Shown here: positions 1 through 6,928 of the stretch, piece after piece | How positions within the stretch are numbered: position 1 is the stretch's first letter | Layout: every line of letters begins with the position of its first letter | Source of the DNA: Alphaproteobacteria bacterium | GTDB taxonomy: Bacteria > Pseudomonadota > Alphaproteobacteria > Bin95 | Reading direction: 5' to 3' | DNA: 64,000 bases | Assembly (NCBI GenBank): GCA_963665325.3 | Contig: CAXXWS020000003.1 | Coordinates: 512,001-576,000 of the forward strand | Notes under the pieces: generated by a model | Told to the model about the DNA's origin: nothing | The model's input: the letters and a program-made list of their open reading frames with translations, nothing else | Databases searched by the model: none | Made by a program: the position numbers and the translations under genes

Positions 1-166
1 CCCAGACGAGGTCCCAGAAGGCGTCCGGCTCCTCGACCGACCAGCGGTGCAGCGCGGCGTAGCCGTTGGCGCCCGCGCCCTTCTCTTCATTGGCGCGGGC
101 CATGAAGGCCGCAAGATTGCTCGCCGCCTTGCGCTCCGCGGACGGTTCCCACAGCAGGTTCGACAT
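1..166 (-). CDS. acetoacetate--CoA ligase, N-terminal part (continues beyond window)
   Basis: Read manually from ATG at 166: MSNLLWEPSAERKAASNLAAFMAR...GYAALHRWSVEEPDAFWDLVW, the typical acetoacetyl-CoA synthetase N-terminus (LW.P, Y..LH.WSV..P..FW). Confidence 0.75.
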   Translation of the reverse strand, partial: MSNLLWEPSAERKAASNLAAFMARANEEKGAGANGYAALHRWSVEEPDAFWDLVW

Positions 167-330
167 GCCTCGCGCGCCTCGGTGACGGGACAGGGGGCCG
201 GAGCAAACGATAGCCGCTCGCGCCGGAGGGCGAAACCTCGCCGGGCTGGCCCTCTCCCATCCTCTCCCGCAAGCGGACTACCGGATTCACACATCTGCCT
301 GCGGTGGCTGCGCGTTGCATGTCCCCCAAA

Positions 331-463
331 TCGTCACCCCGGACTTGATCCGGGGTCCATCCCTGACTGTTAGCGCCCGCCGCAGCCGTTCGAGGCAGGA
401 TTTAGCCGCTTGCGGCCGCCGAAAGAGCCGGAGCTGGACCCCGGATCAAGTCCGGGGTGACGA
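331..463. repeat. REP-like pair of 29-bp perfect inverted repeats, each itself palindromic
   Basis: TCGTCACCCCGGACTTGATCCGGGGTCCA (331-359) and its exact reverse complement TGGACCCCGGATCAAGTCCGGGGTGACGA (435-463), intergenic. Confidence 0.85.
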
Positions 464-585
464 TCTTGGAGCAGACCGCGGCCGTTCGCCGTCGGAAGGG
501 CAGCGTAAAACCCGACAAATCCGATTTCGTCACACGCGCCTTCGCGGGGGTGACGGTTGCGCGGCCGGGCGGCCGGGCTTCGCCG

Positions 586-1215
586 CTACTGGCTGGCCCA
601 GACGATGCGGGCGATCCAGTCCAGATCGGAGCGGGCCATGCTGCGGTCCTCGTGCGCGGGGTTGAAGGAGCGCAGCTCCACCCGGCGCGCGGTCAGCCGC
701 GCGAGCCATTTCGCCAGCACCTCGCCCTCGCGGGTGCGCGCCACCACGCGGTCGCCCCGGCGCAGGCTCGCCGCCGGCGACACCACCACGATGTCCCCGT
801 CGCGGTAGACCGGCTCGATGCTGTCGCCCGCGATCTCCAGCGCATAGGCGTTCGGGTCGCCCAGGCCCGGGAAGGCCACCTCGTCCCAGCCCGCGCCCAC
901 CGGGTAGCCGGCATCGTCGAAAAAGCCGTTGCCGCCCGCCTGGGCATGGCCGATCACCGGGATGGTGTGCGCCGGCGCCCCCTCGCGGCGAAGCTGATCG
1001 GCAAAGAGGCCCGACACGCCGGAGCCGGTCGCCGCCATCGCCTTGGAGATGCTCTCCGTGCTGGGCCAGCGCGGGCGTCCGCCCCTGGTGGTGCGCTTGC
1101 TGCGGTTGAAGGTGGTCGGGTCCAGTCCCGAGCGCCTGGCGAGGCCGGATGCGGACAGACCGTTACGATCCGCCAGGGCGTCGAGGGCGGCCCAGACGTC
1201 GGAATGAGTCAGCAT
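586..1215 (-). CDS. HTH transcriptional repressor with C-terminal S24 peptidase domain (CI/LexA-like)
   Basis: N-terminal HTH (LSASGLARRSGLDPTTFNRSKR), Ala-Gly candidate cleavage site (HAQAGG), S24 Ser motif GDSIEP and Lys (VLAKWL). Alternative start at 1224. Confidence 0.9.
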   Translation of the reverse strand: MLTHSDVWAALDALADRNGLSASGLARRSGLDPTTFNRSKRTTRGGRPRWPSTESISKAMAATGSGVSGLFADQLRREGAPAHTIPVIGHAQAGGNGFFDDAGYPVGAGWDEVAFPGLGDPNAYALEIAGDSIEPVYRDGDIVVVSPAASLRRGDRVVARTREGEVLAKWLARLTARRVELRSFNPAHEDRSMARSDLDWIARIVWASQ

Positions 1216-1240
1216 GATGCTCATTTACGCATAATTCCGC

Positions 1241-1269
1241 TTGACATGCACTAGGAATATGACCATATC
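1241..1269 (+). promoter_or_regulatory. putative sigma70 promoter for the cluster
   Basis: TTGACA (1241-1246), 17-nt spacer, CATATC (1264-1269). Overlaps the imperfect palindrome AGGAATAT-GACC-ATATCCT, a possible repressor operator. Confidence 0.55.
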
Positions 1270-1279
1270 CTCGTGCGTA

Positions 1280-1294
1280 GAACAAATCTCGAAC
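1280..1294 (+). promoter_or_regulatory. alphaproteobacterial LexA (SOS) box GAAC-N7-GAAC
   Basis: GAAC AAATCTC GAAC between the putative -10 element and the RBS of the 1309 ORF; exact match to the GTTC-N7-GTTC/GAAC-N7-GAAC consensus. Confidence 0.7.
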
Positions 1295-1308
1295 ATGAAG
1301 AGGGATTC

Positions 1309-1662
1309 ATGCCTGTTTCCAGTCATTCACCTAATTCTCCCGCCGGCGAGGCGCCGTTCCGCAGTGCCGAGGAAGCCTGGTTCTGGTTCATGTCATGGCG
1401 TCTCATGGTCGAGGACGGCGGCACGCCCGGCTATGACGGCCGGGGCCGGCCGTGCATGCCGCTCGACATGTTGGCCTGCCTGCGCCGGCTCGTAAAGCCC
1501 GGCGGGCTCACCCGGCTCCAATTGAAGGTGCTGGCCAGGTTCGGCCGCCGTCTCGAAGCCCCCGGACACGGGCCGCTCGCCCGGCTCTGGGAGGACGCCA
1601 TGGCGCGGCTCGACGAGCTGTTGCGCGACAAGGGCATCGTCAGCAGGAGGCACGCAGCATGA
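1309..1662 (+). CDS. hypothetical protein, first gene of the phage-like operon (possible regulator)
   Basis: RBS GAGGG before ATG 1309; motif PFRSAEEAWFWF; stop overlaps the next start (ATGA). Confidence 0.7.
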   Translation: MPVSSHSPNSPAGEAPFRSAEEAWFWFMSWRLMVEDGGTPGYDGRGRPCMPLDMLACLRRLVKPGGLTRLQLKVLARFGRRLEAPGHGPLARLWEDAMARLDELLRDKGIVSRRHAA

Positions 1663-2180
1663 CCGCCGCGCCGAACGCGGCGAATGGTGACGATGGCGCG
1701 CGCAACGCGGCGAACAGCAACGACGCCGCGCGCAACGCGGCGAACGGTAACGCCGCCGCGCCGAACGCGGCGAACAGTGACGCCGCCGCGCACAACGCGG
1801 CGAACAACAACGATAACGGCGGACGGGCGCTCGCCGTGTTCTCCGGCAGGGCGGACCTCTGCTGGCTCAGGCTGCTCCGGCCCGGCTTCCGTCATTGCTT
1901 CGTTGCGCTGGAGGAAGCCGGGCGGTGGATCACGGTCGATCCGCTGGCCGGCTACACCGATGTCGCCGTGCAGCCCGTACCGGCGGCCTTCGACCTCGCC
2001 GGCTTCTACCGCGAGCAGGGCTTCACGGTGGTGGAAACGCGCCGCCGCCGGCGCATCCGGCCCGCGCCGCTGCTGCCCGCCACCTGCGTCGAGGTGGCCA
2101 AGCGGGTGCTCGGAATCGCCTCCTGGCGCGTGATGACGCCGGGCCAGCTTCACGATTTCCTGCTCCGAAAGAGGAAATAA
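1659..2180 (+). CDS. hypothetical protein with N-terminal 10-aa repeats and a possible permuted papain-like (His...Cys) domain
   Basis: RBS GGAGG and ATGA coupling; motifs PGFRHCF, TCVEVAKRVLG and TPGQL resemble permuted NlpC/P60-type folds (inference). Confidence 0.65.
   Translation: MTAAPNAANGDDGARNAANSNDAARNAANGNAAAPNAANSDAAAHNAANNNDNGGRALAVFSGRADLCWLRLLRPGFRHCFVALEEAGRWITVDPLAGYTDVAVQPVPAAFDLAGFYREQGFTVVETRRRRRIRPAPLLPATCVEVAKRVLGIASWRVMTPGQLHDFLLRKRK
1662..1811. repeat. 5 x 30-bp imperfect tandem repeat (xAAxNAANxx), most units containing the hairpin CGCCGCG-N5-CGCGGCG
   Basis: Units start at 1662, 1692, 1722, 1752 and 1782. The core is the reverse complement of TTCGCCGCGTTnnGCGCGGCG; the second unit has a mismatch in the left arm. 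Confidence 0.9.
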
Positions 2181-2227
2181 ATCTCCTAATATCTCGACAA
2201 ACGAGAAACATGGCGTAAGATGCACTT

Positions 2228-2242
2228 GAACATGGAGAGAAC
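2228..2242 (+). promoter_or_regulatory. second LexA (SOS) box GAAC-N7-GAAC, overlapping the portal RBS
   Basis: GAAC ATGGAGA GAAC, ending 4 nt before the portal ATG at 2247. Confidence 0.7.
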
Positions 2243-2246
2243 AAGC

Positions 2247-3848
2247 ATGAGCCTGGAAACACCCGACCCGGAAGCGCTGCTCGAAGGCTACCGCCGCGCG
2301 GAGGCCCGGCGGCGGCCCTGGGAGGCGCTGTGGCGCGATTGCGCCACCCATGCACTGCCGGGCGGAACGGCGGTCGCGGCACGGACCTACGACGCGACGG
2401 CCGCCGACGCCGCCGAACAGCTTGCCGCCAGCCTGCTCGCGGAACTGACGCCGCCCTTCGAGCGCTGGGTCGGTTTCGAGCCGGGGGGCGAGGCGGGCCC
2501 GGACGCGGTCGATGCGCTGGAGGAAGCCGCGGCCGCCGTGCAGGGCCATCTCGACCGCTCCGCCTTCGCGGTCGAGATGCACCAGGCGCTGCTCGACCTC
2601 GTGGTGTTCGGCACGGGCTGCCTGCTGTTCGAGGAGAGCGCGCTCGGCCGGGCCTCGGCCTTCCGCTTCACCGCGGTGCCGCTCGCGGAGACGGTGCTGG
2701 AGGAGGGGGCGGAAGGCCGGCTCGTCCGGGTCTGGCGGCGGCGGGAGCTTGGCCCGGCCGCGCTGAGGGAACGCTTTCCCCGCGTGCCCGTCCTGAATGG
2801 AGAGGGGCCGTTCGGCGTGGTCGAGCGCGTCGCGCCGGAGGCAGGAGGCGGCGCCGACGCCGCCAGTTCGATGAATCGCCGCGTTATGCGCGGCGGCGCC
2901 GACGCCGCCAGTTCGATGAATCGCCGCGTTATGCGCGGCGGCGCCGACGCCGCCAGTTCGATGAATCGCCGCGTTATGCGCGGCGGCGCCGACGCCGCCA
3001 GTTCGATGAATCGCCGCGTTATGCGCGGCGGCTACCGCTACCTCGCCGTGCTGGAAGGCGGCGGCGGGCGGGCGGCGCAGGTGCTGGCCGAGGGCCGGTT
3101 CGCCGTCTCGCCCTTCGTGTGCTTCCGCTGGCTAAAGGCGCCGGGGGAGATCTATGGACGCTCGCCGGTGATGAAGGCGCTGCCCGACATCAAGACCGCC
3201 GACAAGGTGGTGGAACTCATCCTGAAGAACGCCTCGATCGCCGCGACCGGCATCTGGCAGGCGGACGATGACGGCGTGCTCGACCCGACGGCGGTGGAGC
3301 TGGTGCCGGGCGCGGTGATGCCCAAGGCGGTCGGCTCGGCGGGCCTCACGCCGCTCGCCGCGCCGGGGCGCTTCGACGTTTCGCAGCTCGTGCTGGAGGA
3401 TTTGCGCAAGCGTATCCGCCACGCGCTGCTCGCCGACCGGCTGGCCGAGCCCGCGAGCCCGGCCATGACCGCGACCGAGGTGCTGGAGCGCGCGGCGGAA
3501 ACGGCAAGGCTGCTGGGCGCGACATACGGGCGGCTGGAGGCCGAACTGCTGACGCCGCTGATCGAGCGCGCGCTGGCGATCCTCGCCCGGCGCGGCGAGG
3601 TGCCGGCCTTCGCGCTGGACGGGCGCGACGCGGGACTTCGCCTTCGCTCGCCGCTGGCCCAGGCGGCCGGGCGGCGCGAGGCGGGGGCAGCGCTCACCTG
3701 GCTCGGCGCGGTGGCGGGGCTCGGGCCGCAGGCGCTGGCGGCGGTCGATACCGCGCGGGCCGCGCGCTGGCTCGGCGCCCGCCTCGGTGTGCCGCCCGCC
3801 CTGCTGGAGCCGCCGGACCTGCTGCCGGAAACGCCTCTCCTGGAGTAG
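2247..3848 (+). CDS. portal / head-to-tail connector protein (T7 gp8-like), carrying a 60-aa repeat insertion
   Basis: Motifs LAASLLAELTPP...W, LLDLVVFGTG, FRWLKAPGEIYGRSP, MTATEVLER and LRSPLAQ, typical of podoviral head-tail connectors; RBS GGAGAG. Confidence 0.92.
   Translation: MSLETPDPEALLEGYRRAEARRRPWEALWRDCATHALPGGTAVAARTYDATAADAAEQLAASLLAELTPPFERWVGFEPGGEAGPDAVDALEEAAAAVQGHLDRSAFAVEMHQALLDLVVFGTGCLLFEESALGRASAFRFTAVPLAETVLEEGAEGRLVRVWRRRELGPAALRERFPRVPVLNGEGPFGVVERVAPEAGGGADAASSMNRRVMRGGADAASSMNRRVMRGGADAASSMNRRVMRGGADAASSMNRRVMRGGYRYLAVLEGGGGRAAQVLAEGRFAVSPFVCFRWLKAPGEIYGRSPVMKALPDIKTADKVVELILKNASIAATGIWQADDDGVLDPTAVELVPGAVMPKAVGSAGLTPLAAPGRFDVSQLVLEDLRKRIRHALLADRLAEPASPAMTATEVLERAAETARLLGATYGRLEAELLTPLIERALAILARRGEVPAFALDGRDAGLRLRSPLAQAAGRREAGAALTWLGAVAGLGPQALAAVDTARAARWLGARLGVPPALLEPPDLLPETPLLE
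2847..3032. repeat. 4 x 45-bp perfect tandem repeat in frame within the portal gene (GGADAASSMNRRVMR)
   Basis: GGCGGCGCCGACGCCGCCAGTTCGATGAATCGCCGCGTTATGCGC x4, followed by GGCGGC. Confidence 0.95.
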
Positions 3849-3882
3849 CCGGCGAACTATACGACTGGCGGCGTCGGCGCCG

Positions 3883-4128
3883 CTATTCGGCCGGGGCGGC
3901 GGGCTGTTCGTTGCGCCGCACGATATAGCCTTCGAGGAAGTCCATCTTGCCTTCGATCCGGCTCAGGCGGTCGCGGATCTCCCGAAGTTCCGCCTCGATG
4001 CGGTCCATGCGGGCGCTGAGGCTGTTTTCCACGCCGTCGATGCGGGCGCCGAGACTGCGCTGGCCCTGAAGTATCAGGCCGGCGAGCGCGATGCCGACGG
4101 CAAGGGTCGCGATGAGTTCCGGAGTCAA
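3883..4128 (-). CDS. small membrane-anchored coiled-coil protein on the opposite strand
   Basis: RBS GGAGGAG before TTG 4128; MTPELIATLAVGIALAGLIL (TM helix) followed by heptad-like RIDGVE..RMDRIEAELREIRDRLSRIEG. Confidence 0.7.
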   Translation of the reverse strand: MTPELIATLAVGIALAGLILQGQRSLGARIDGVENSLSARMDRIEAELREIRDRLSRIEGKMDFLEGYIVRRNEQPAAPAE

Positions 4129-4249
4129 GGGGCTCCTCCCCAACCGGCCGGGCAGGCCCGGCAACACTTTCGCCCGAGCGGGCGGCTCCTCCGGGGGCCG
4201 CCCGTTTTCTTTCAACCCTTTCTTCCGACGAAACTGGAGACAGACACAA

Positions 4250-4924
4250 GTGGAAACGGAGACCGAAACCGAAATGGAGGCACCGGCCCGGCCGGACGGC
4301 CTTCCGGACGAATTCTGGGACGCGGAGGCCGGCAGCGTCCGGCTCGACGAGCTGGTCGGCGCCTACGGGACGCTGGCTTCTGCGGAGCGCGCACCCGCAA
4401 GCCCGGAGGACTATGCGCTCGAACTGGACGGGCTGCTCGGCGGCCCGGACGCCGAGGCCAACCGGCGGATGCACGAAGCCGGCTTCACCAACGCGCAGGC
4501 GCAGCTTGTCTACGACATGGCGTCCTCGCTGCTGCTGCCGCTGGCGGGCGAGGTCGCGGGCGAGCTGGAGCGGGGCGAGCGCCAAGCCCGGCTGGCGGAC
4601 CGCTATGGCGGCGAGGACGGATGGCGGCGCGCGAAGGGCCAGATGGAGGCCTGGGCGGCCGCCAACCTGCCCGCCGGCGTGGCCGGGGCGCTTACCGGCT
4701 CGGTCGAGGGCGCGGCCGCGCTCGAACGGCTGATGGATGCGGGCGAGCCCGGCCTCGGCGGTCATGGCGGCGAAAGGCCGGGCGGCGCGGTGACGCTCGA
4801 CGGCCTGCGCCGGCTCCAGGGCGATCCCCGTTACTGGCGCGACCGCGACCCCGCCCTCGTCCGGCAGGTCATGGAGGGCTACCGGCGCCTCTACCCCGAC
4901 GCCGGCGAGGACGCCGGAATCTGA
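4250..4924 (+). CDS. capsid assembly scaffolding protein (T7 gp9-like)
   Basis: RPDGLPDEFWD...LVGAYGTL N-terminus and DPRYWRDRDP C-terminus; lies between portal and capsid. Start is GTG 4250 or ATG 4274. Confidence 0.8.
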   Translation: METETETEMEAPARPDGLPDEFWDAEAGSVRLDELVGAYGTLASAERAPASPEDYALELDGLLGGPDAEANRRMHEAGFTNAQAQLVYDMASSLLLPLAGEVAGELERGERQARLADRYGGEDGWRRAKGQMEAWAAANLPAGVAGALTGSVEGAAALERLMDAGEPGLGGHGGERPGGAVTLDGLRRLQGDPRYWRDRDPALVRQVMEGYRRLYPDAGEDAGI

Positions 4925-5002
4925 CAATTCGCCGCGTTCTGCGCGGCGACGGCGAGGACGCCGGAATCTGACAATTCGCCGCGTTCTGCGCGGCGACGGC
5001 GA
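4903..5002. repeat. 2 x 47-bp tandem copies of the double-hairpin repeat; supplies the scaffold stop codon
   Basis: CGGCGAGGACGCCGGAATCTGACAATTCGCCGCGTTCTGCGCGGCGA at 4903 and 4950. Confidence 0.9.
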
Positions 5003-5068
5003 CGACGGGTCCTGATGCGGACCCGGCACACACGCAAACCCTGAAACCGCAACAGGAGGACAGGCAAC

Positions 5069-5887
5069 ATGCCCGTCGATCTTTCCCCTTCCTTCATCAA
5101 GGCGTTCGAGGGCGAAGTCCACAGCGCCTACCAGCGCCAGGGCTCGAAGCTCCGCGACACGGTGCGCACCCGGCGCGGCGTCATGGGCTCCAGCGTCACC
5201 TTCCGCAAGGTCGGGCGCGGCGCCGCATCCACCAAGGCCCGGCACGGCCAGATCCCGGTGATGAATGTCGATCACGCCGCCATCGAATGCCAGCTCAGGG
5301 ACTATTACGCCGGTGAATGGGTTGACCGGCTCGACGACCTGAAGATCGGCGGCGGCGAGCGCGACACGGTCGCCAAGGCAGGCGCCTATGCGCTCGGCCG
5401 CAAGACCGACCGGCTCGTCGCCGCGGCGCTCGACGGCTCGACGAACTTCGCCGGCGCCGACACGGACGGGCTGACGAAGGCAAAGGTGCTCACCGCCTTC
5501 GAGATGCTCGGCCAGGCCGACGTGCCGGACGACGGCGAGCGCACGTCCGTCATCGGCTGGAAGCAGTGGTCGGACCTCATGAAGATCGAGGAGTTCGCCA
5601 ATGCCGATTATGTGGGGGCGGAAGACCTGCCCTGGCGCGGCACCCAGGCGAAGCGCTGGCTCGGCACGCTCTGGCTGCCGCATTCGGGGCTGACGCTCGA
5701 TGGCTCGGTCCGGCTCTGCCACTGGTACCACAAGAGCGCGGTCGGCCACGCCGCCGGCGCGGAAGTCACCACCGACATCACCTGGCACGGCGACCGCGCC
5801 GCCTGGTTCGTCGCCAACTGGATGAGCCAGGGCGCCGTGTCGATCGACGCCGAGGGCGTCGTGACCATGCGCTGCCTCGAAGACTGA
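5069..5887 (+). CDS. major capsid protein (podoviral HK97-fold type)
   Basis: RBS AGGAGG; FIKAFEGEVHSAYQRQGSKLR, AYALGRKTD, VPDDGER, WLGTLW and MSQGAVSID motifs; follows the scaffold gene. Confidence 0.9.
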   Translation: MPVDLSPSFIKAFEGEVHSAYQRQGSKLRDTVRTRRGVMGSSVTFRKVGRGAASTKARHGQIPVMNVDHAAIECQLRDYYAGEWVDRLDDLKIGGGERDTVAKAGAYALGRKTDRLVAAALDGSTNFAGADTDGLTKAKVLTAFEMLGQADVPDDGERTSVIGWKQWSDLMKIEEFANADYVGAEDLPWRGTQAKRWLGTLWLPHSGLTLDGSVRLCHWYHKSAVGHAAGAEVTTDITWHGDRAAWFVANWMSQGAVSIDAEGVVTMRCLED

Positions 5888-5916
5888 CCGCAACGACAGG
5901 GAGACAACGCCAGGCA

Positions 5917-6276
5917 ATGGCTTTCAAATCCGCAAACCTCTCCGTGCTGGCCTATGCCAACGGATTCACCTTCTGGCACTACAAGTCCGCCGGAGACACG
6001 AACGGCGACATGACCGGCGCCGGCTATTTCGACGCCGCCGCGGACCTGCTGCGCCCGGGCGACATGCTGGCGCTCAACAGCGCGGACGACGACGCGGCGC
6101 TGGTCCGCGTGTCGTCCAACCGCAACGGCCGGGTCGCGGTTGGCTTCACCACCGACTGGGAGACCCAGGCGGCGGTCGCCGATGCCGACGGCGGCTCCAC
6201 CATCGATGCCGAGGCGCGCGCGGCGGTCAACGCCATCATCCGCGCGCTCGAACGGGTGGGTGTGCTCGCCGCCTGA
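5917..6276 (+). CDS. capsid decoration / head-fibre-like protein
   Basis: MAFKSANLSVLAYANGFTFWHY...GYF N-domain plus C-terminal AVADADGGSTIDAEARAAVNAIIRALERVGVLAA, resembling head-fibre/DUF2793-type termini. Confidence 0.65.
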   Translation: MAFKSANLSVLAYANGFTFWHYKSAGDTNGDMTGAGYFDAAADLLRPGDMLALNSADDDAALVRVSSNRNGRVAVGFTTDWETQAAVADADGGSTIDAEARAAVNAIIRALERVGVLAA

Positions 6277-6315
6277 CGCCAGCCGGGGGTTCGCCCCCGG
6301 TCCCCGACCTTCCCC

Positions 6316-6346
6316 GCCCCCTCTCCCTCGCGGAGAGGGGGCTTTT
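6316..6346 (+). terminator. intrinsic terminator after the capsid genes
   Basis: GCCCCCTCTCC-CTCGC-GGAGAGGGGGC-TTTT: 11-bp stem with a short U tract, preceded by another hairpin at ~6283-6299. Confidence 0.6.
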
Positions 6347-6367
6347 GCCTGAAAGGAGGCTGCCTTC

Positions 6368-6928
6368 ATGGCATTGACCGCCATCCAGATCGCGAGCCAG
6401 GCGCTCGTCCGGCTGGGCGCGCTGCCGATTTCCGATTTCGCGGAGCCAGTGCTCGAGGCGCGCACCGCCGCCGCGCTCTACCCGACGCTCCGCGACACGC
6501 TGATCGCCGGCCATGCCTGGCGCTTCGCCACGGCGGAGGCCGAGCTCGATCCGGCGGACGAGGCGCCGTTGCCCGGTTTCGCGCATGTCTTCCGGCTGCC
6601 GGCCGATTTCCTGAACGTGCTGGCCGTGGAGGGCGGGCGCGAGACCGGCTGGCGCATTGCCGGCGGAAAGCTGCACGCCCATCCGGCGGCGGTGCGGCTC
6701 GCCTATCTCTTCCGCGCCGACGAGGCCGAGTTCCCGCCCTGGTTCGCGGACGCGCTTGCCGCCGCCCTTGCCGCCGCCTTCTGCCTGCCGGTGACGGAGA
6801 ATGCGTCGCGCGCCGAGGCGCTGGCGCGTCTTGCCGAAACGGCGCTCCGCCGCGCCCGGCGCATCGACGCGCTGCACGACCCGGCGCCCGCGCCCGCGCA
6901 CTTCCCGCTGATCGAGGTGCGGGCATGA
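6368..6928 (+). CDS. tail tubular protein A / adaptor (T7 gp11-like)
   Basis: IQIASQALVRLGALPISDF, HAWRFAT, FRLPADFL, FPPWFADALAAALA; RBS AAGGAGG. Confidence 0.85.
   Translation: MALTAIQIASQALVRLGALPISDFAEPVLEARTAAALYPTLRDTLIAGHAWRFATAEAELDPADEAPLPGFAHVFRLPADFLNVLAVEGGRETGWRIAGGKLHAHPAAVRLAYLFRADEAEFPPWFADALAAALAAAFCLPVTENASRAEALARLAETALRRARRIDALHDPAPAPAHFPLIEVRA

Noticed and set aside
2847-3032. CRISPR array interpretation of the 45-bp repeats (also the 30-bp and 47-bp repeats)
   Set aside because: Units are directly adjacent with no unique spacers of CRISPR length, most lie in frame inside genes, and no cas genes are present.
3857-5917. Long minus-strand ORF (686 aa) and similar long antisense or off-frame ORFs (9844-11691, 25107-27230, 34415-37396, 39809-41953, 59256-61490)
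   Set aside because: Shadow ORFs of well-supported genes in GC-rich DNA, with no recognisable motifs.
5566-6276. T7 gp10A/10B-style -1 frameshift fusing the capsid to the downstream protein
   Set aside because: The -1 frame is open, but no slippery heptamer was noticed, open shadow frames are common at this GC content, and the downstream gene has its own plausible ATG at 5917.
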